From: Haplodiscus bocki
Lineage: Eukaryota
Assembly (NCBI GenBank): GCA_965655095.1
Contig: OZ296655.1
Location: 61,876,001 to 61,940,000, forward strand
Length of the DNA: 64,000 nucleotides
Direction of reading: 5' to 3'
Position 1 is the stretch's first letter. Each line of letters opens with the position of its first letter. The notes under the pieces were generated by a model that had not been told where the DNA came from, made no database searches, and was given only the letters and a program-made list of their open reading frames with translations. This document shows positions 12,946-26,130 of this stretch, in pieces. The translations under genes and the position numbers were made by a program.

Positions 12946-15900
12946 GAAAAATGTAGTCTCACAATACCAAAAAAACTCGTAGGGATTACCCTTTATTGCT
13001 TTGCAATATTTAGCCCTGCTCAGGAAGGCAAAGAAGGAGAGAAAGGTTTGCCGAAGAGTGGTACGTGTTGCGGAAAAAACTACTCTCCGTAAAAGTTGGC
13101 ACTTTTTTCTGAAGCTCTGGCTGAAATTAGGACCACTCCCGGCTTGACAATAGAACTACTAAACGTCTAACTCTAAATGTCAAGCGTTAGAATTTCTGTT
13201 GTTTTGTTGGTCAAATGCTGCTCATAAAAATGTTAGATTTTATTTTTTCTGGGTACAATTATTTCACTGCGGAATGAAAACTCGACAAACAGTGTCAGTT
13301 TGATTTTCATTAGGAACATTTTCCAGAAGCCGCCATAGTAAAGAAAGGTTACTTTCTTTGGTATTTTTGCGCGACTCTTCAATCAATTATGCCAGGGAAA
13401 CTGAAACGTTTGTTTCGATATGCTGTTCCTAATTAAAAATAGTCACTGGGAAAACGAATTTGACAATCAATCTTAGTTACCCACCAATGTTTCTTGGTAT
13501 CTTTGAAAGAAAAGTTTTTCAGAAGTGAAAAAAGAACGTCCGTTTTTCCCAAACGCAGCTTCTAATGCTTCTAATGAACCGTACAAGGAGCAAAGTTGAA
13601 TCGGTAGTTACGCAGAAAAATAAATTTCCATACCAATTATAGTTCATCATTGTTTTATTGGTTAATATATTTTTTTCTCGCAGAAGAAAAATGCTCAGAA
13701 ACGCGACTGTACGAATTTTCCGGACTCGTTTAGTTCTGTCAGTAATGAAGGCTCTCAATGGATAAAGTTGAACTGAAACTTACGAAAAACAATTTTTTCT
13801 TAAGTTGGTCGTAGTGAGCTTTGTGTTTTTTTCGTCTTTTGATTTTTTTTTCGAAAACCAAAAAACAAGGCCCAAATGTGGTGCGAAAAGTGTTTTCTGG
13901 AGGAAAATGCTTGTTGATTGAGCTCCTAATGAGCATTTTTGAAATATGTTTCACTGAGGAGTTGTATTTTGAATCCGGATCAAAATCAAAAATCATTGAA
14001 ACTGTGATGGTACTTCTGATCGCTTTTCTTCCAAGATGAAAATGGAAGGTTCAAATCTTACCCACAACATCTCCTCTAGATTAATTTCGCATTTTTGTTT
14101 GAACGCTCAAGAGCAAATCTGAGTTGATAGTTACTGAGAAAATTATTCTTGAACATCCATCAAAATCAGACATAAACAGGTATTCTGGCAGCTATGATCA
14201 TATGATCAGTTTTTTTGGGAAAATAAAGTGAACGGTTCAGTTCAACAGACCTTTTGTTGTGAGAAAGGGCTTTTTATTAAATTCGAATTGATAGTCAATG
14301 AGACATGCAATGTTAAAGTTAGTTTAAAATTGACTAACTGCATCAAATTTACATCAGACCCACAATTTCAAGTCTAAAAAAATACAATACCTCGTTGTTA
14401 TATTATCTTCACCGTCGACCTCGATGTTAACGAGCAAAGTTGGTGACGTAAAAATAATGGACTACATTTTCAAAGCATCTGCCAAATTTTTCATGCTCGC
14501 CTCTGAAGTCGACTAGGTGTTTCACTTTTATTCTCATTGCTGTCCTCGATTCGCGGCAATTAACTTGATCCTTGAAAGAAACAGTTTTTACAGGAGCGAT
14601 ATTCTCATTGGTTGTAGTTGTTGTGCAATCAGTCCGAATAAATAACTCCATTGGCGCAGAAACAAAGCATACGGAAGAAAAAGAGGTAGTATTTTGTGCT
14701 CATGGCAAAATATCAGAAGACGCTAATACTTCTGTGGTTGCTGAAGGGTCTCAGGTTGAAAGTTGGTCACCTGGTGCCATGTGCTCGCATGAGGGAAAAA
14801 TAACTACATATCATCAAAACGCAAAAAGCTTATGTTTCATATTGAAGAGCTTAAACTATCTAATATAACTAATGAGATAATTAAAAAATCAACAAGCTAT
14901 ATGATACGATATGAAAGTCAAAATGAGTCTACAAATTCAACCCCACAGTTTGAACGCAATTACATTGTCAAAATTTGGAGATGATGCAAAGGCAAACACC
15001 AGTTAAAACCTTGCCACCTGAAAAAAATATTGAAACAAGATCACATACCCACATAGTCAAGACTAACGAACGAACGAATACAACTAATGCACCATAAAAA
15101 CCGTGTACCAATCACAACAAATCTACAAGCACATGCAATGCGAATACGGGACAAATGATACAACAAGTCTCACTGTGCTATCTACCGCGTATCGATTTGG
15201 ACAAGTGTTCTTGTGAAATAAGAAAAGAATTGAGAGTAAAAGTGAAGATGGAACAGTACGCGTCTCCATATATCAAATGGACAGATGAAAAAAAGTAAAA
15301 TCAATGCTCAATTTGAAAACACATTTTTTAACACAACAAAACGTTTCCAGATTAGCTCACGTGAACAAAAGAATCAATTGCCGAAAAGCTGAGAGACGCA
15401 ACCACCAACTATTGGAATGAAAACAGAGCAACTTGACGGAGAGTTTTGAAGAAAAATACAATGACACTACAACTGACGAATCTGAACATCAAACCACTAT
15501 GGTGATGTCTCCATTTGGGGACACTATAAATTCCACTGCTGACGTCAAGATTTATTTTTGAGCTTTTTTGTTCAAGAAAATACCTTATAAGAGTTTCAAA
15601 TTCTACCTTTTGGTGAAATTACAACATTTCCTTCCATGCAATCCCTATACCGAAACACTCATTCTAACAAAAATTTTCTATCAGTGATTTTTTAACAAAA
15701 GAACCAGTTGCGTAGCATCCGAATGTGGTAAAGTTGAAGGCCGATCACCATGTGCGAAAGTGACCACATGACCAATTAGAAGTGTAATCAATCAACAAAT
15801 CAACAGCCATTACCAAGACAAAACAACCAGTAGCTAGTAATCGCCTTTAACGCGACACGAATGTCGTACTGTCTCAAACATCCGCTGACCATTACTTGAG

Positions 15901-18249
15901 TCTGCAAATAATTGTACTCATTCGGTTGTTACCTTTTTCTTAACCGACACATTAACTAACAGCTCATAGATTGAACACCAAAACCTCTACAACTTTCTTC
16001 TGCAAACGCGAAATTACGATACCAGATAGTAGCAGTGGCCGAAAGGCAAAGAACGCCGGTCGGCGCTACGTCGAACGTGGAGATACCAACTACTCAGGAG
16101 AATCGTGTGGGGATTGAAAGTGCAGCCTTGGGTCTCAGTTGATAAACCGAAGAATGACCTCAACCGACGTTGACAGGAGGATAAACGCAATTTTTTGACC
16201 AAATAGAAGCGCTATTCCAATCAGTTAAAGAATTTCGTGCAAAGCCTTCCACTTGTTGGAGCTACGACAACACAATTGCTCAACTATCAATCTTGGGGTC
16301 GACGATCCAACGCGGGGTGGAAACAAAAATTATACTGGTCAGAGCTTGCGGTCCATCGATATGAACTGTTCTTGGTGATCATCGAATCGCATATTGATTG
16401 TAAGAAAATTTAATCTGGTGAATTGCAATCCAATATCCAAAGTTAAAATGATGGGGCAATTTTGGATAGTATGTCTGCTTTGAAACAAATATGGTTGCAA
16501 AACTTTGTCCTATCATGTCTGTAGTCTAGAAAGCGAAACTGTTTTTCTCTGATAGTGTCAAAGATTTTAAAGAAAACAAGACATTCTCTATGCCCTGACT
16601 ATACGCCAAGCAAAGGAAGCTAGGCTCGCCAGATGTCATCGATGAGGTCACAATGTAGTTGTCTAAAGCAATCCGAGATTCCCTCAGTAAAACGAATGTC
16701 AAAAACTGTGTTTCTGGAATCTGCAAATTCAAGCTAAATAGCCCTTTCAGGCAATCATATGAATCTTGTAACACTAAACTCAAATTGAGAACTTTCCGAT
16801 CCGAAGTCAAAAAATCACATTAAAAGTGAGTCATTTCTTGAAACTTCACTCAACAACTATACTCGAACTTACACGTTTATCGGAACTGTTTTTCCCTGTT
16901 GAAACTTTCTGATGATAGGGATTCTATGATGAGAACTTTCGCCAGGAAAAATGCTGTCAAATTTTTTCAACCTGTTTCTGGAAATCTTAGTTGCCAATTG
17001 GCTGCTATAGTGCAAGTCAAAACATCCACCGTCGAATGAACTTTATTCTTTTGATGGAAAGCTTTGTTCCATTTATGCTGGCGGATTTTCTTAATAATAC
17101 TGCCAGGTGACCCAAAAAACGATGCATTTTTCAATCTAATGATCACACAGTAGAGAAAATTCGTGGAAGTAATTTTGTGGAGTGACAATCAGCATGTCAA
17201 AGATTTACTCGACAACAGCACACTCTGTGATATATCAATAGCCATAGAAGAAACGAGTGGATTATCATTTAAGACATTGCTGACATTCCTCAACAGTGGA
17301 AGAGAAGAAGGAACATTTTGTTGCAGAAAATTCACCATATTTCTAGAGTTAAATTGTTCTCAAAAGTTAAATAAACAACTACTAGCAAATTCTGCTGCTG
17401 GAAATTTTTCCTTGTTTGCCGAAAGTGAAAATCTCCAGTCCCTATTATCCATGTACGTTTCTGTATGAAGGCAAAAACTATTAAATTTGACAAATTCCCT
17501 TTCGTATTAGAATGTGCATTGTACTTCATTTGTGCCTGTCAAACAATATCTGAACGGTATCGTTTTTTTCATGGCACATAGTGCTTCTGATTTTTCAATC
17601 TGTTACATTAGTTATATCAAGCCACGAGCGGCCCCAGACAGCGCCGGCCGTACAGCTCAAAATATACATGGGTATATCTTTCTTGGTATTATTAAGTTCG
17701 CCGATTTATGTGTTTATCATAAAATTAGGGGGGGTTGAAAAACCAAAAGAAGAGACTTTTTTTTAAAAAAAGGGACATAGAGTCTTGATTATCCATCTAC
17801 GGTTTGAAAACTTTCTGTCGTGTCCCTTGAGCAACGGCGCGGGGTCGCAGAAAACTTGGCGGGTGGTTGAACCAAAAAAATAGATGTAGTAGAGGTAGTA
17901 GATTTTATGTACCACATAAAATGATGTAGTAGACATTCGTCTGCGGAAGCACTATCTGCTAAACGCTTCTGGAGAACCGTTAGGGACCTATTGGATATGG
18001 TAGTTTCTATCTTGTTAAACTCAAACTAAGTTGTCAATGAAGTATTTACTTTTGCCCGAAAAAATCACCAGCGCGGTACATAAATCCACTAAAACAACTC
18101 CCCTTGAAGCTTCCAGAAATTCAGTAAGAAAGTTGTACCGAATAGGTTGAAAGAAACTAAATATAAAAGACAGACCGAAGTTTTGTGGGAGACTTAGCCA
18201 CCACAGCAGATGTTGGGAAAAGTTTTATTTTACGAAAACACTTCAACTT

Positions 18250-19750
18250 CGAGTTAGAGAGCAATTGAATCTATAGCAATTACAGATGATACAATCCGAA
18301 CTGACAGACTCTCCGAAAGTGAGCCCACTTCATGGAACAAAGATTCAGCTTCACAAAAGAGGGAGGTACTGCGAAGAAAATATATTGGAACGTATCGGAA
18401 GCTTTTTTTCACATCGAAGAAAAAGGTGTTACTTCGAGACTACCAATAGACGCCTAGCTAGTTTACTCTATCCAAATTATGTAAATTGAGTGGTTTCAAC
18501 AAGCTGACATCTGTACGTCTGTGAAGCTATTCTTCATAAAAGAAACCTATCAAAACTTATCAAATCTCTGAAGCTTCTAGCTGAGACAGATTACATAACC
18601 AATTGTGATGTATGTGAAAAAAGTTCATGGTAGGGGGCAATGCTCAAGAGCATCTATATTCTGCTGCTCATAGCAATGAAAAAAAAATTAAATTGTGATA
18701 CTTGCAATTTTGAAATTACAGGATTGCTGTGGCACAAATTCCTAAACAGGCGATTCTGAAAAATTAATTTTGGTTTGAACAGGTTTAAGGCGTAGTGACA
18801 CATGGCCTGTGAAGTCGAGCTGACTTCTATTTTGACCAGTTAGTTCAAAAAATTTGAAATCGCATCTTTTTTAGAATTCGTGGTTTGGCCGAAAGCTTTT
18901 TTTAAAAAGCAACGTGATCCGTTAAAACTATGATTCAAAAAGAATACGAATTTTTGCACAAACGGAAGTATAGGAAATTATTAGGACATGGTACAGAAGT
19001 AAAAAAGATTCACTGAGTTTTTAGTGGTAAAGTACTTAGACAGGAGCTGAAGGAAAGCAGTTTTTGAGGAACTTTTACTTGGGAGCGACTTTGCAGTGAA
19101 AATGGGAGATCTAAGGAAAACATTGGGAAAAAAAGTGTGATATTTAAGACTGATTTTTAGGGTTCTGTAACAGGACAAACTGAACTAAGTTTTGATGGTA
19201 TGAACTCGTGTCTTATTGGTGAAGATAAAATTTGTTGAAATTTTTCCCGCTTAAATGTGATCATGGGTTTTCACAGAACTGAACCGTTGCGTATTGCATT
19301 TCTAGAAAAATCTGAACTACTTGTAAATGAACTCTATCAAACTAACCTACATATTTTCACGGACAAAAGAACTTGATGTTGCGTTGCATGAATACAGATT
19401 TCGTTCCTCATAATTAAAAGCCACGGTGTGGTGTGTTTGATAGTTTTAAGCAATTTCACAAAAAGCACAAAATGAAAAAATTGAAGAAAATAGGCCCCTC
19501 TCGTGAAATAAATTCTATAGAAAACATGAACAGTTGGATTTTCATTGAATAGAAACAGTCGAAAATCTGTTTTTTTTTAGTTTGTTCATTGATAACTAAG
19601 GTTTGTTGCCCAAACAACCTTTATTGAAGAATCTCGTAATAATGGAAGATAAAATTGTGTGAAATTAGTGAAGCAGCTCGGAAAGAATTGAGAAGAGACA
19701 AAAACAAAGGTTTTCTATTCAATTATCTCAGTGGAAAAAATCATGTAAAA
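18250..19750 (+). pseudogene. Protein-primed family B DNA polymerase (pPolB), C-terminal polymerase half, decayed
   Basis: Collinear decayed motifs: MVGG..SNEKKIKL.YL...NYRIAVAQIP (~18630-18745, motif A region), ACEVELT (~18805), GHGTEVKKIH*VFS (~18985-19025), EPLRIAFLEKSELLVNELY (19281-19337; cf. PIY.GF.ILELSK..MY) and, after a frameshift, GQKNLMLRCMNTDF (19361-19402; cf. YxDTDS motif C). Confidence 0.7.
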
Positions 19751-20162
19751 AACGTTGTTATAAGAACGCATTGACATAACATGGTGCTACAAGAAGTATA
19801 AGAACGCAAAAAAACGTTTGATGAAAATACAAAAAATGTTTCTAGAATGGAATTGAAACATCAATTTGAACTATTTTATCAGGAAATTCAAAAAAACCAT
19901 TAACTTTACAAAAATGAATATAAAGTACCATGAAACATTTTTTTAAAGTCTAATATAGGTTTGCAAACTAATGTGCTTCCTACTTTGAAAAAACTGTCCA
20001 AAAGCATTTAGATAATAGTCAGATATCCACAGAGTTGACTTCAACATCCGTCGTAGGATAGATCATCAGTATCATCAGCTTTTGATCATAATGCTTCATA
20101 AGAAGACTTTCGTTTGAAAAAAAAACAACGCAAATTGTCAGAACACACCTCTTTGTGGGCAG

Positions 20163-21340
20163 TTACGGTAAATCAAAAAGTGATTGTCCACCGCTGCTTT
20201 AAGGAATTAACTGATATTTTAATTTAAGGGAACATCTTACTGCTTCACATGGAACAACATCTGAGAATTTTTTAAGGTGGTGAAGAAGTATGCACATTCT
20301 GATGTCGTCTAACCAAAACACACGAAGTTGATCCAAACTTAAATCCATCATTGGAAGAGCTAAGAATCTCATTTGCTACAAAAAGTTGTCAGACATTACA
20401 TTTTTTTGAGATTTCTGAAACATGATACAACTTCTCCCCAACTTTCATAGTAACTCTAATCTCCACAGTTGCCACGCATACCAACATCTGAAGATTTTCC
20501 ATTCCACTGAAACATTGAGCAAAAAACACTGTTAGTCCATAGAAAGTATCAATATATGCAGTTTGCTTACTTATTCGACCTTTTGGTAGGAAACCAGCTA
20601 TAGCACGAATAGGATCATCTAATCCAGTATCTTTCGCACTTGAAAAATCCAAATTGTTTAGGTTTTTGCATTCCAAACGTAGACGGTGCTTTGGAAGTAA
20701 TTAACTCAGTTGATTGTTTAGATGATTATTGCCCAGACATGAATTGGCTCCTCAGTACTAGGAATGCAGGTTGGAACACACAAACTGGCATCTTTTATAA
20801 AAAAAAACAATCCTATACCAACAAAATGATTTATCACAATTGCAAAAAAAATTGTGCTCACACCTTTTGTGTGTGCTAGTTATTATATTAGAGTTTCTTA
20901 GTGACGACCAAAACGAGCAACAATCTTTTTCTTGAAAAAATCTGGAAAAAACTTGTTTTTTTTTGTGTTGTAACTGGATAAATTATTTTCTCTCCTACGC
21001 TGATCACGGTCACTTCCCGCGGATAAATCGTCTTGACTTCCAGTGGATGACTGAAATCTATACTTTGAACTCATAGCAAGAACATGATCATCTTGCTTCA
21101 AACGTTTACCGCTACTGGTCATAGTTCTATACTCACTAAATAAAGTCATTGTACGCAAATTAAATAATCGCACAGCAACATGTGCATATATGTTGTTATC
21201 AGTATTGTATCATCAAAATCGTTTTCTGGTGAAATATATTCGACGAATAGACCTTGCTGGTGGACTATAACGTAAAAAACGACTTTTATTTCTGTTCTGT
21301 CACCCTATTTTTACCTTGTGTTCCTAACGATCAGAGTAGT
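20163..21340 (-). pseudogene. Probable major capsid protein (double jelly-roll type) of the Polinton-like element, decayed
   Basis: ~390-codon interrupted frame: FLRYSP; VRLFNLRTMTLFSEYRTMTSSGKRLK...DDLSAGSDRDQRRR (ORF 20898-21173); DDPIRAIAGF...DTFYGLTVFFAQCFSG (ORF 20389-20676); SSNDGFKFG; ends SGGQSLFDLP* at 20163. Size, P..I.GF strand and context fit a Polinton-type MCP; recalled similarity, not searched. Confidence 0.6.
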
Positions 21341-21349
21341 TGAAATTTG

Positions 21350-22250
21350 TTTAGTAAAATTCTATGCTGTATTGGAGATATTACTTGTATTGCCTTAATT
21401 TGTCTGCTCTAGTAAACGTTGCCGCGTCTAAAAAACGACAATCAATTTTGCTTTCTTTTCTTCTTTGTTTAAACCTAATCCATGAAAGTATTTATCTGGA
21501 TCTACTGGTAGGATTACTTGTCGTAAAAAATCTGCGTAGAATATTCATTTACTTGTTGTTTTCCAGCTTTCTGTTCCCGTTCAGTTTTATGAATTGGAGT
21601 AGGAACCTTTCCCATTATTTTACCAAACAAGAAAACTCTGTTACTTCTCCTATCTTCAATGGCAGGTAAATTATATATCATTCAATATGAAAAAGTTTCC
21701 AAATTGTTTCCATCATGTGATTTTTGTTTGCTTATTGAAATCACGAACACTTCTGAAATTCAAGCAATCACCCTATAGTTACATTTTACCACCTTGATGT
21801 GTGACAGCTTTGCCAGTACTATTAATTTTTCCATCGATTTTTGACGGATCAATACTTTCTATACCTAAAGTGTCGAGCTCTAGATGATATGGAGTTTTTA
21901 GGTCACTCATAAATTTGGCTAAAGTTTAGGTAAACGATTAGGCTTTATATCTTTCTTTTCCGATAAAGTGTGCTGCTGTTCTTGCTAGAGAAGCTGCATG
22001 TAAATCCTTATTTACTGTTTGTTTTCCGTCATATGATGACAACAACTAATGAATAGCAAAGTCAACAGCTTTCGCAAAGCGTTCAAAAAATTTTGATGTT
22101 TCCGAATGTATTAACGGGGTACGTAATTTTACTTTTTGACGTTTATGTTTCCTTGAGATTTGAATGATCCTGGTCCTGTGAAAGCTAAATATCACTTTTA
22201 TCTATCATAAGAAAGTTAGTTTGTTCTCTTTGAACTTTCAAAAAAAAATT
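21350..22250 (-). pseudogene. Decayed uncharacterised ORF immediately upstream of the MCP
   Basis: C-terminal segment VILPVDPDKYFHGLGLNKEEKKA...RADKLRQYK (~21385-21520) resembles the L.sDP.eL..rL.ll..ek.AGN tail I recall from Polinton-like element proteins; 5' boundary uncertain. Confidence 0.4.
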
Positions 22251-23579
22251 TGCAGTCCTAAAATGACCGGAAAAAGTTCGCTAAAATGGAATTTTTTCAA
22301 GTATGCAATTCAAAAAACTTATTCCAGAATAATCACAAACACAAAACTCATCCTCATTTTTCTCTTGCAGTCTCTTACCTAAAAAGGTGACACGTTTTTT
22401 CCACGCTTCTCTTCACAAACCGTTAAACTCGTCCTAACTTCTATCAGGTTAACCTACATATTCGTGAAAATTTTAAACGTTTTTTTTTCATTCGAAAAAC
22501 TAAAAGTTCTTGAAATTTGTGCATAGGGTGCTTTTCTTGTACTTCAAAATAGCGGTGATTTTTAAGGATACCTGATTATCTTATGTCTTCCCAGAGTGAG
22601 TTTAAGGTAAGTTTATTCCTAATGACAAATAGGATTTTCCACAAAAACATGGTGTAAGGATTACAATTCTGTTTTTGGATCCACGTTCAAACAATGTTTC
22701 TAATTTTGAACATGATTAAAAACAAAGATGAGCTTTCAAATGTTTTTTTTTCATATTTGACACTTTTCAAAATTATGTCACTGTTTACTTTTTTAGTTTT
22801 TTATTATTACATTCAAAACTTTATCATGTTATACGAAAACTTTTTTACAAAAAGAATTTCAATTTATTTGTGTTTTTGGAACTATTTCACTTAGTCAAAA
22901 CCAATTGAAGTTTTATATTTCTTTTTACCTACCGAAAAATACTTGTCTATAGCTTTATATCTTTTTCTGTATCAATAGGAGTAAAAGTTTTTATATGCGA
23001 AACACTACTAGATCTCTCATTATTCACTTTTGAAATGAATCCTACATCTATTGGACTGGAGAGAGAGTTTACATTGCAGTATCTACACCTAAGAGAGTGG
23101 ACAGCGTGTAGATTTTTCATAATGGATGTCAATTTTTCCATCCATATCTTTAGGAGTTGACAAAATAGCAGGCATTCCCATGTGCATTTCTTAGACTTTA
23201 TGTATGTGTACGAAAAATCACATTCCTCTTTTCATGTCTAAGTTCTATCGTTCTCCAGATTAAGATCAGAAGTTCAGTTTATCAAAGAATAATTTTCAAA
23301 TGTTTGGGTGAAAAAAATTGTCATTATCTGTTGCTATCTTTTATGCAAAAAAAGGTAAACTGCTTTTCTAGGACACTACTGAAAAAATGTCGAAAGAAAA
23401 GAAGACAAAGAAACAGTTTTACTCACAATCGGTCACTGTTATTCGTGTTAACACTAAATGGAATTATCAAACAAAGCTTTTCGCGAAAGAGTTAGTAAAC
23501 TAAGTTTAAAATATCATAAACTCTCACTATTATCGAAGATAGAAAAACCATCTTTTACTAACTTTGATTTTTTTAAAAA

Positions 23580-23990
23580 GAAAGTTGTAAAGGTTGAATG
23601 TTTCACAGGTATGACATAATTCCATGAAATAGGGAATGGATGTTCAAGTCATTCTGGATTTCCTGGAAACTGTTGCTTCACCAAGCTGTGCTCCTATTTT
23701 TAAAGCTCTACTTGGATTATTCAAAACCTGCGTTCCAAATCATTGCCGCTTCAGGTTTCACCAGCGTTCTAAGAGATGACCAGTTCCTCTTTTTTTACAA
23801 TGTAATCGAATACTGTCATGATTTGTTTCTATTACCTTCAAAAAAGAGAACAAATTCCAATTTTCCAGTGCTCCTGTTTTTTATTTGTCTTTGATCCGCT
23901 TCGATGTCAACTCTTGAATTACAATGGCGACCACCAACATAGTATGAAATGTTTTCGAAGTTTCGATATGTTTTTCAATCTAACGGAAAT
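23580..23990 (-). pseudogene. Decayed small virion/core-like ORF(s) of the Polinton-like element
   Basis: NFENISYYVGGRHC (~23920-23962) then FGTQVLNNPSRALKIGAQLGEATVSRKS..SIPYFMELCHT (~23610-23740); same strand as and abutting the penton-like gene; function inferred only. Confidence 0.35.
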
Positions 23991-23999
23991 TTGCCTAAC

Positions 24000-25090
24000 T
24001 ATTTTTCATAGAAAAGTCCAGTAAATTACTGTTTCTCCTTCAAAATCAACTAGTTTGTGTTGATCGTCTTCGAGGTTTTTTTGTTATGCTACAGAAGTTT
24101 GACAATTGATTTCTATAATTGCTTGTTTCAGGCTAACAAAAAATTTTATTTTCAGGAGGTTCCTATCAAGCGAAGCTGAAAAATAATGGTTTTTAGTTTC
24201 TGTCTACTTGAGATGCATCAATACAACCGCATTTTGAAGTGAACTTTAATATTTTCGTTCTACGTACAGTTTTGATTTTTAATTTCTCGATTAAGCTCAT
24301 AATGCCTGTTTAGTGAGACGCGTAATACAATTTCATCAAAAAGTATCTTTTGGTTTTTTTTGTACGCATTGCTTCATTTTGTTCCTACTGTTTATCAGTA
24401 AAAGCAACCTCAAATTTTGCACTTGCTTGAAAAAAAATCTAATGTCATTTTGATTTCTCATACCTCATAAATTCCTCATACCATATCATAGCTGTAAAAG
24501 TGGCGGTTGTTAATGTTCAAAACAAACATAAGGTGTTCTCATTCTACCGATTGCATGCTGAAAGAGCCCTCAAAATCCTACATTACTGTTTGAACATAAT
24601 TCTTAAATAGCTTTTCATATACGTGCACTCTTGCTATACCGTCCTAAATACTACCTAGACCAGCTTCGTTTTCTTCATCTACTCTTTCCCTCACATGTTA
24701 CTCCCAATTCTGCCTAAATTGTCAATATTACGAGGTCCTAACAGTTCAATTCCTAAATCATCCAATGATATCAATTTTTACCTTCTTCACTTTCAACTAA
24801 AGTTTTTCTTCTGAATTTATCCAGGTCGGTTTTTTCAAATCTTGTTTATAAACTTCACTTCTGTTTTTATCCTTAAAACAAAAATACATACTTTAAAACC
24901 AGTCAATACCATCATCCATTTACTGTTATTTGTGAGATCTAAAGTTATGGTATATGAAAAATTTGTCTCTGCTTTAGCAGAGTAAACTGTTACGTTTCTT
25001 GTATTTTTGCCTTTGTTTTTATGTAGGTTTTGCTGTGTTCTTATTAGTACCAATCAGGTTCTTCTGTTTCGTGTTTTGAATTGTTTCCAT
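24000..25090 (-). pseudogene. Minor capsid (penton)-like gene, copy B, decayed
   Basis: N-terminal KWMMVLTGFKV (ORF 24835-25053); C-terminal KVH/KCGCIDASQVD..KPLFFSFA..EPPENKIFC*PET (~24125-24245) and LEDDQHKLVDFEGETV (~24026-24073). Confidence 0.6.
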
Positions 25091-25109
25091 AAAAGTTCAT
25101 TGATTCTCT

Positions 25110-26130
25110 TGAAAGTTTTTAGGTTTTGCTCATTTGCATAGTTAACTCCCTCGTTTCCTAAAATCAACCGGCTTGTAATCATCATCTTCCAAGTAGACTG
25201 TTCAAACATTTAGATTGAACATTTTAAATTAGAGTGTTTCTTTCTTAGTTTTTTTTACTGATTTGATGTCCAGGAAGTATATATAACGACAGACTATACA
25301 GCTTAGGTTGTCGCACTCAGTTTACTTTTGAGCCAATTAAACAATCACATTTGTATGTTCTCTACAATTGTTGTTTTTTAGTAGATATCTCACTCGTGTA
25401 TGTTGCTCTTCAAACTCCAGCAGCATAAACCCTTGAAACTTCCAGAAGATCTTTTTACCGAGCCTTAAGATTCTTTTTCGAGCAACTTGTACACTTGAAA
25501 CAGGTCTTAGTGTCACGTCATCAACTTCCATTAGGAGATTTAGTATCTGATTGTGATTGGTATCAAAAACTGATTTCTCAAAAACATCAGGTGGTAATGT
25601 CAAGAAAAATTGATTCAAAGAATCACACAACATATATCTGATTAAAAATAATTTGCCATCCTTCATTTCCCTGCTAATGACTATAGCTTCAATGTCTCTG
25701 TATTTTTTTGTTTTCTGAACAACCTACTTTTTTAAATATCAAGCTTTGAATATTCATCTTCTGATAAATTTTAGCATTTCTCAAGCATGAGTTAAGGATT
25801 TCCCTTGATTTCAAAGTCAACTGCATTGAAACTCTCACTTTTTAGCCTGTTAAGCAGTGATAAAATTTGTATAACTTCCAATGTTTCATGACCTATCTCG
25901 TCAGAGAAAAAATTTGGAAAAGTATAGTTTTCTCCAGTTGTTATAGAAAGACACACTGACACGTTTAAAGAAGATAATCCTAATACCCATCTATTTTCTT
26001 CCAGTTTTGAAGGTTTGTTGTACAAGCATAGTAACCTTTTTTGTTCCTTGTGGTCTGATCTTAGTTTGTTCTATTCGAACTTAAGGACTTTTAGTAATTA
26101 AAAGCAAAACTCCTTAACTTTTCTCATGTT
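25110..26130 (-). pseudogene. Minor capsid (penton)-like gene, copy A, decayed
   Basis: N-terminal LLLITK..IEQTKIRPQ (~26050-26108) and RWVLGLSSLNV (ORF 25792-26025); middle LPPDVFE...EVDDVTLR (ORF 25337-25666); C-terminal VYLEDDDYKPVDF (~25161-25199), clearly paralogous to copy B. Confidence 0.6.

Noticed and set aside
14400-14800. BEL/Pao integrase C-terminal remnant on - strand
   Set aside because: Only vague resemblance (DP...LASSDIL; EY); diagnostic LTPNHFL and WPLGRI motifs not recoverable
15990-16330. GC-richer segment resembling a retroelement gag start
   Set aside because: No diagnostic motif; cannot be supported from sequence alone
16630-16660. DVIDEVTM as PIF1/Helitron helicase Walker B
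   Set aside because: Isolated match; no Walker A or downstream GD..QL motif found
17880-17935. GTAGTAG words as a Polinton 5'-AGTAGT terminus
   Set aside because: Short, imperfect, no partner TIR or TSD visible; other end lost in the gap
23200-23560. Packaging ATPase of the Polinton-like element (NNSDRL on - strand resembles an R-finger region)
   Set aside because: No Walker A or B, segment too short, and the opposite strand gives an equally protein-like reading
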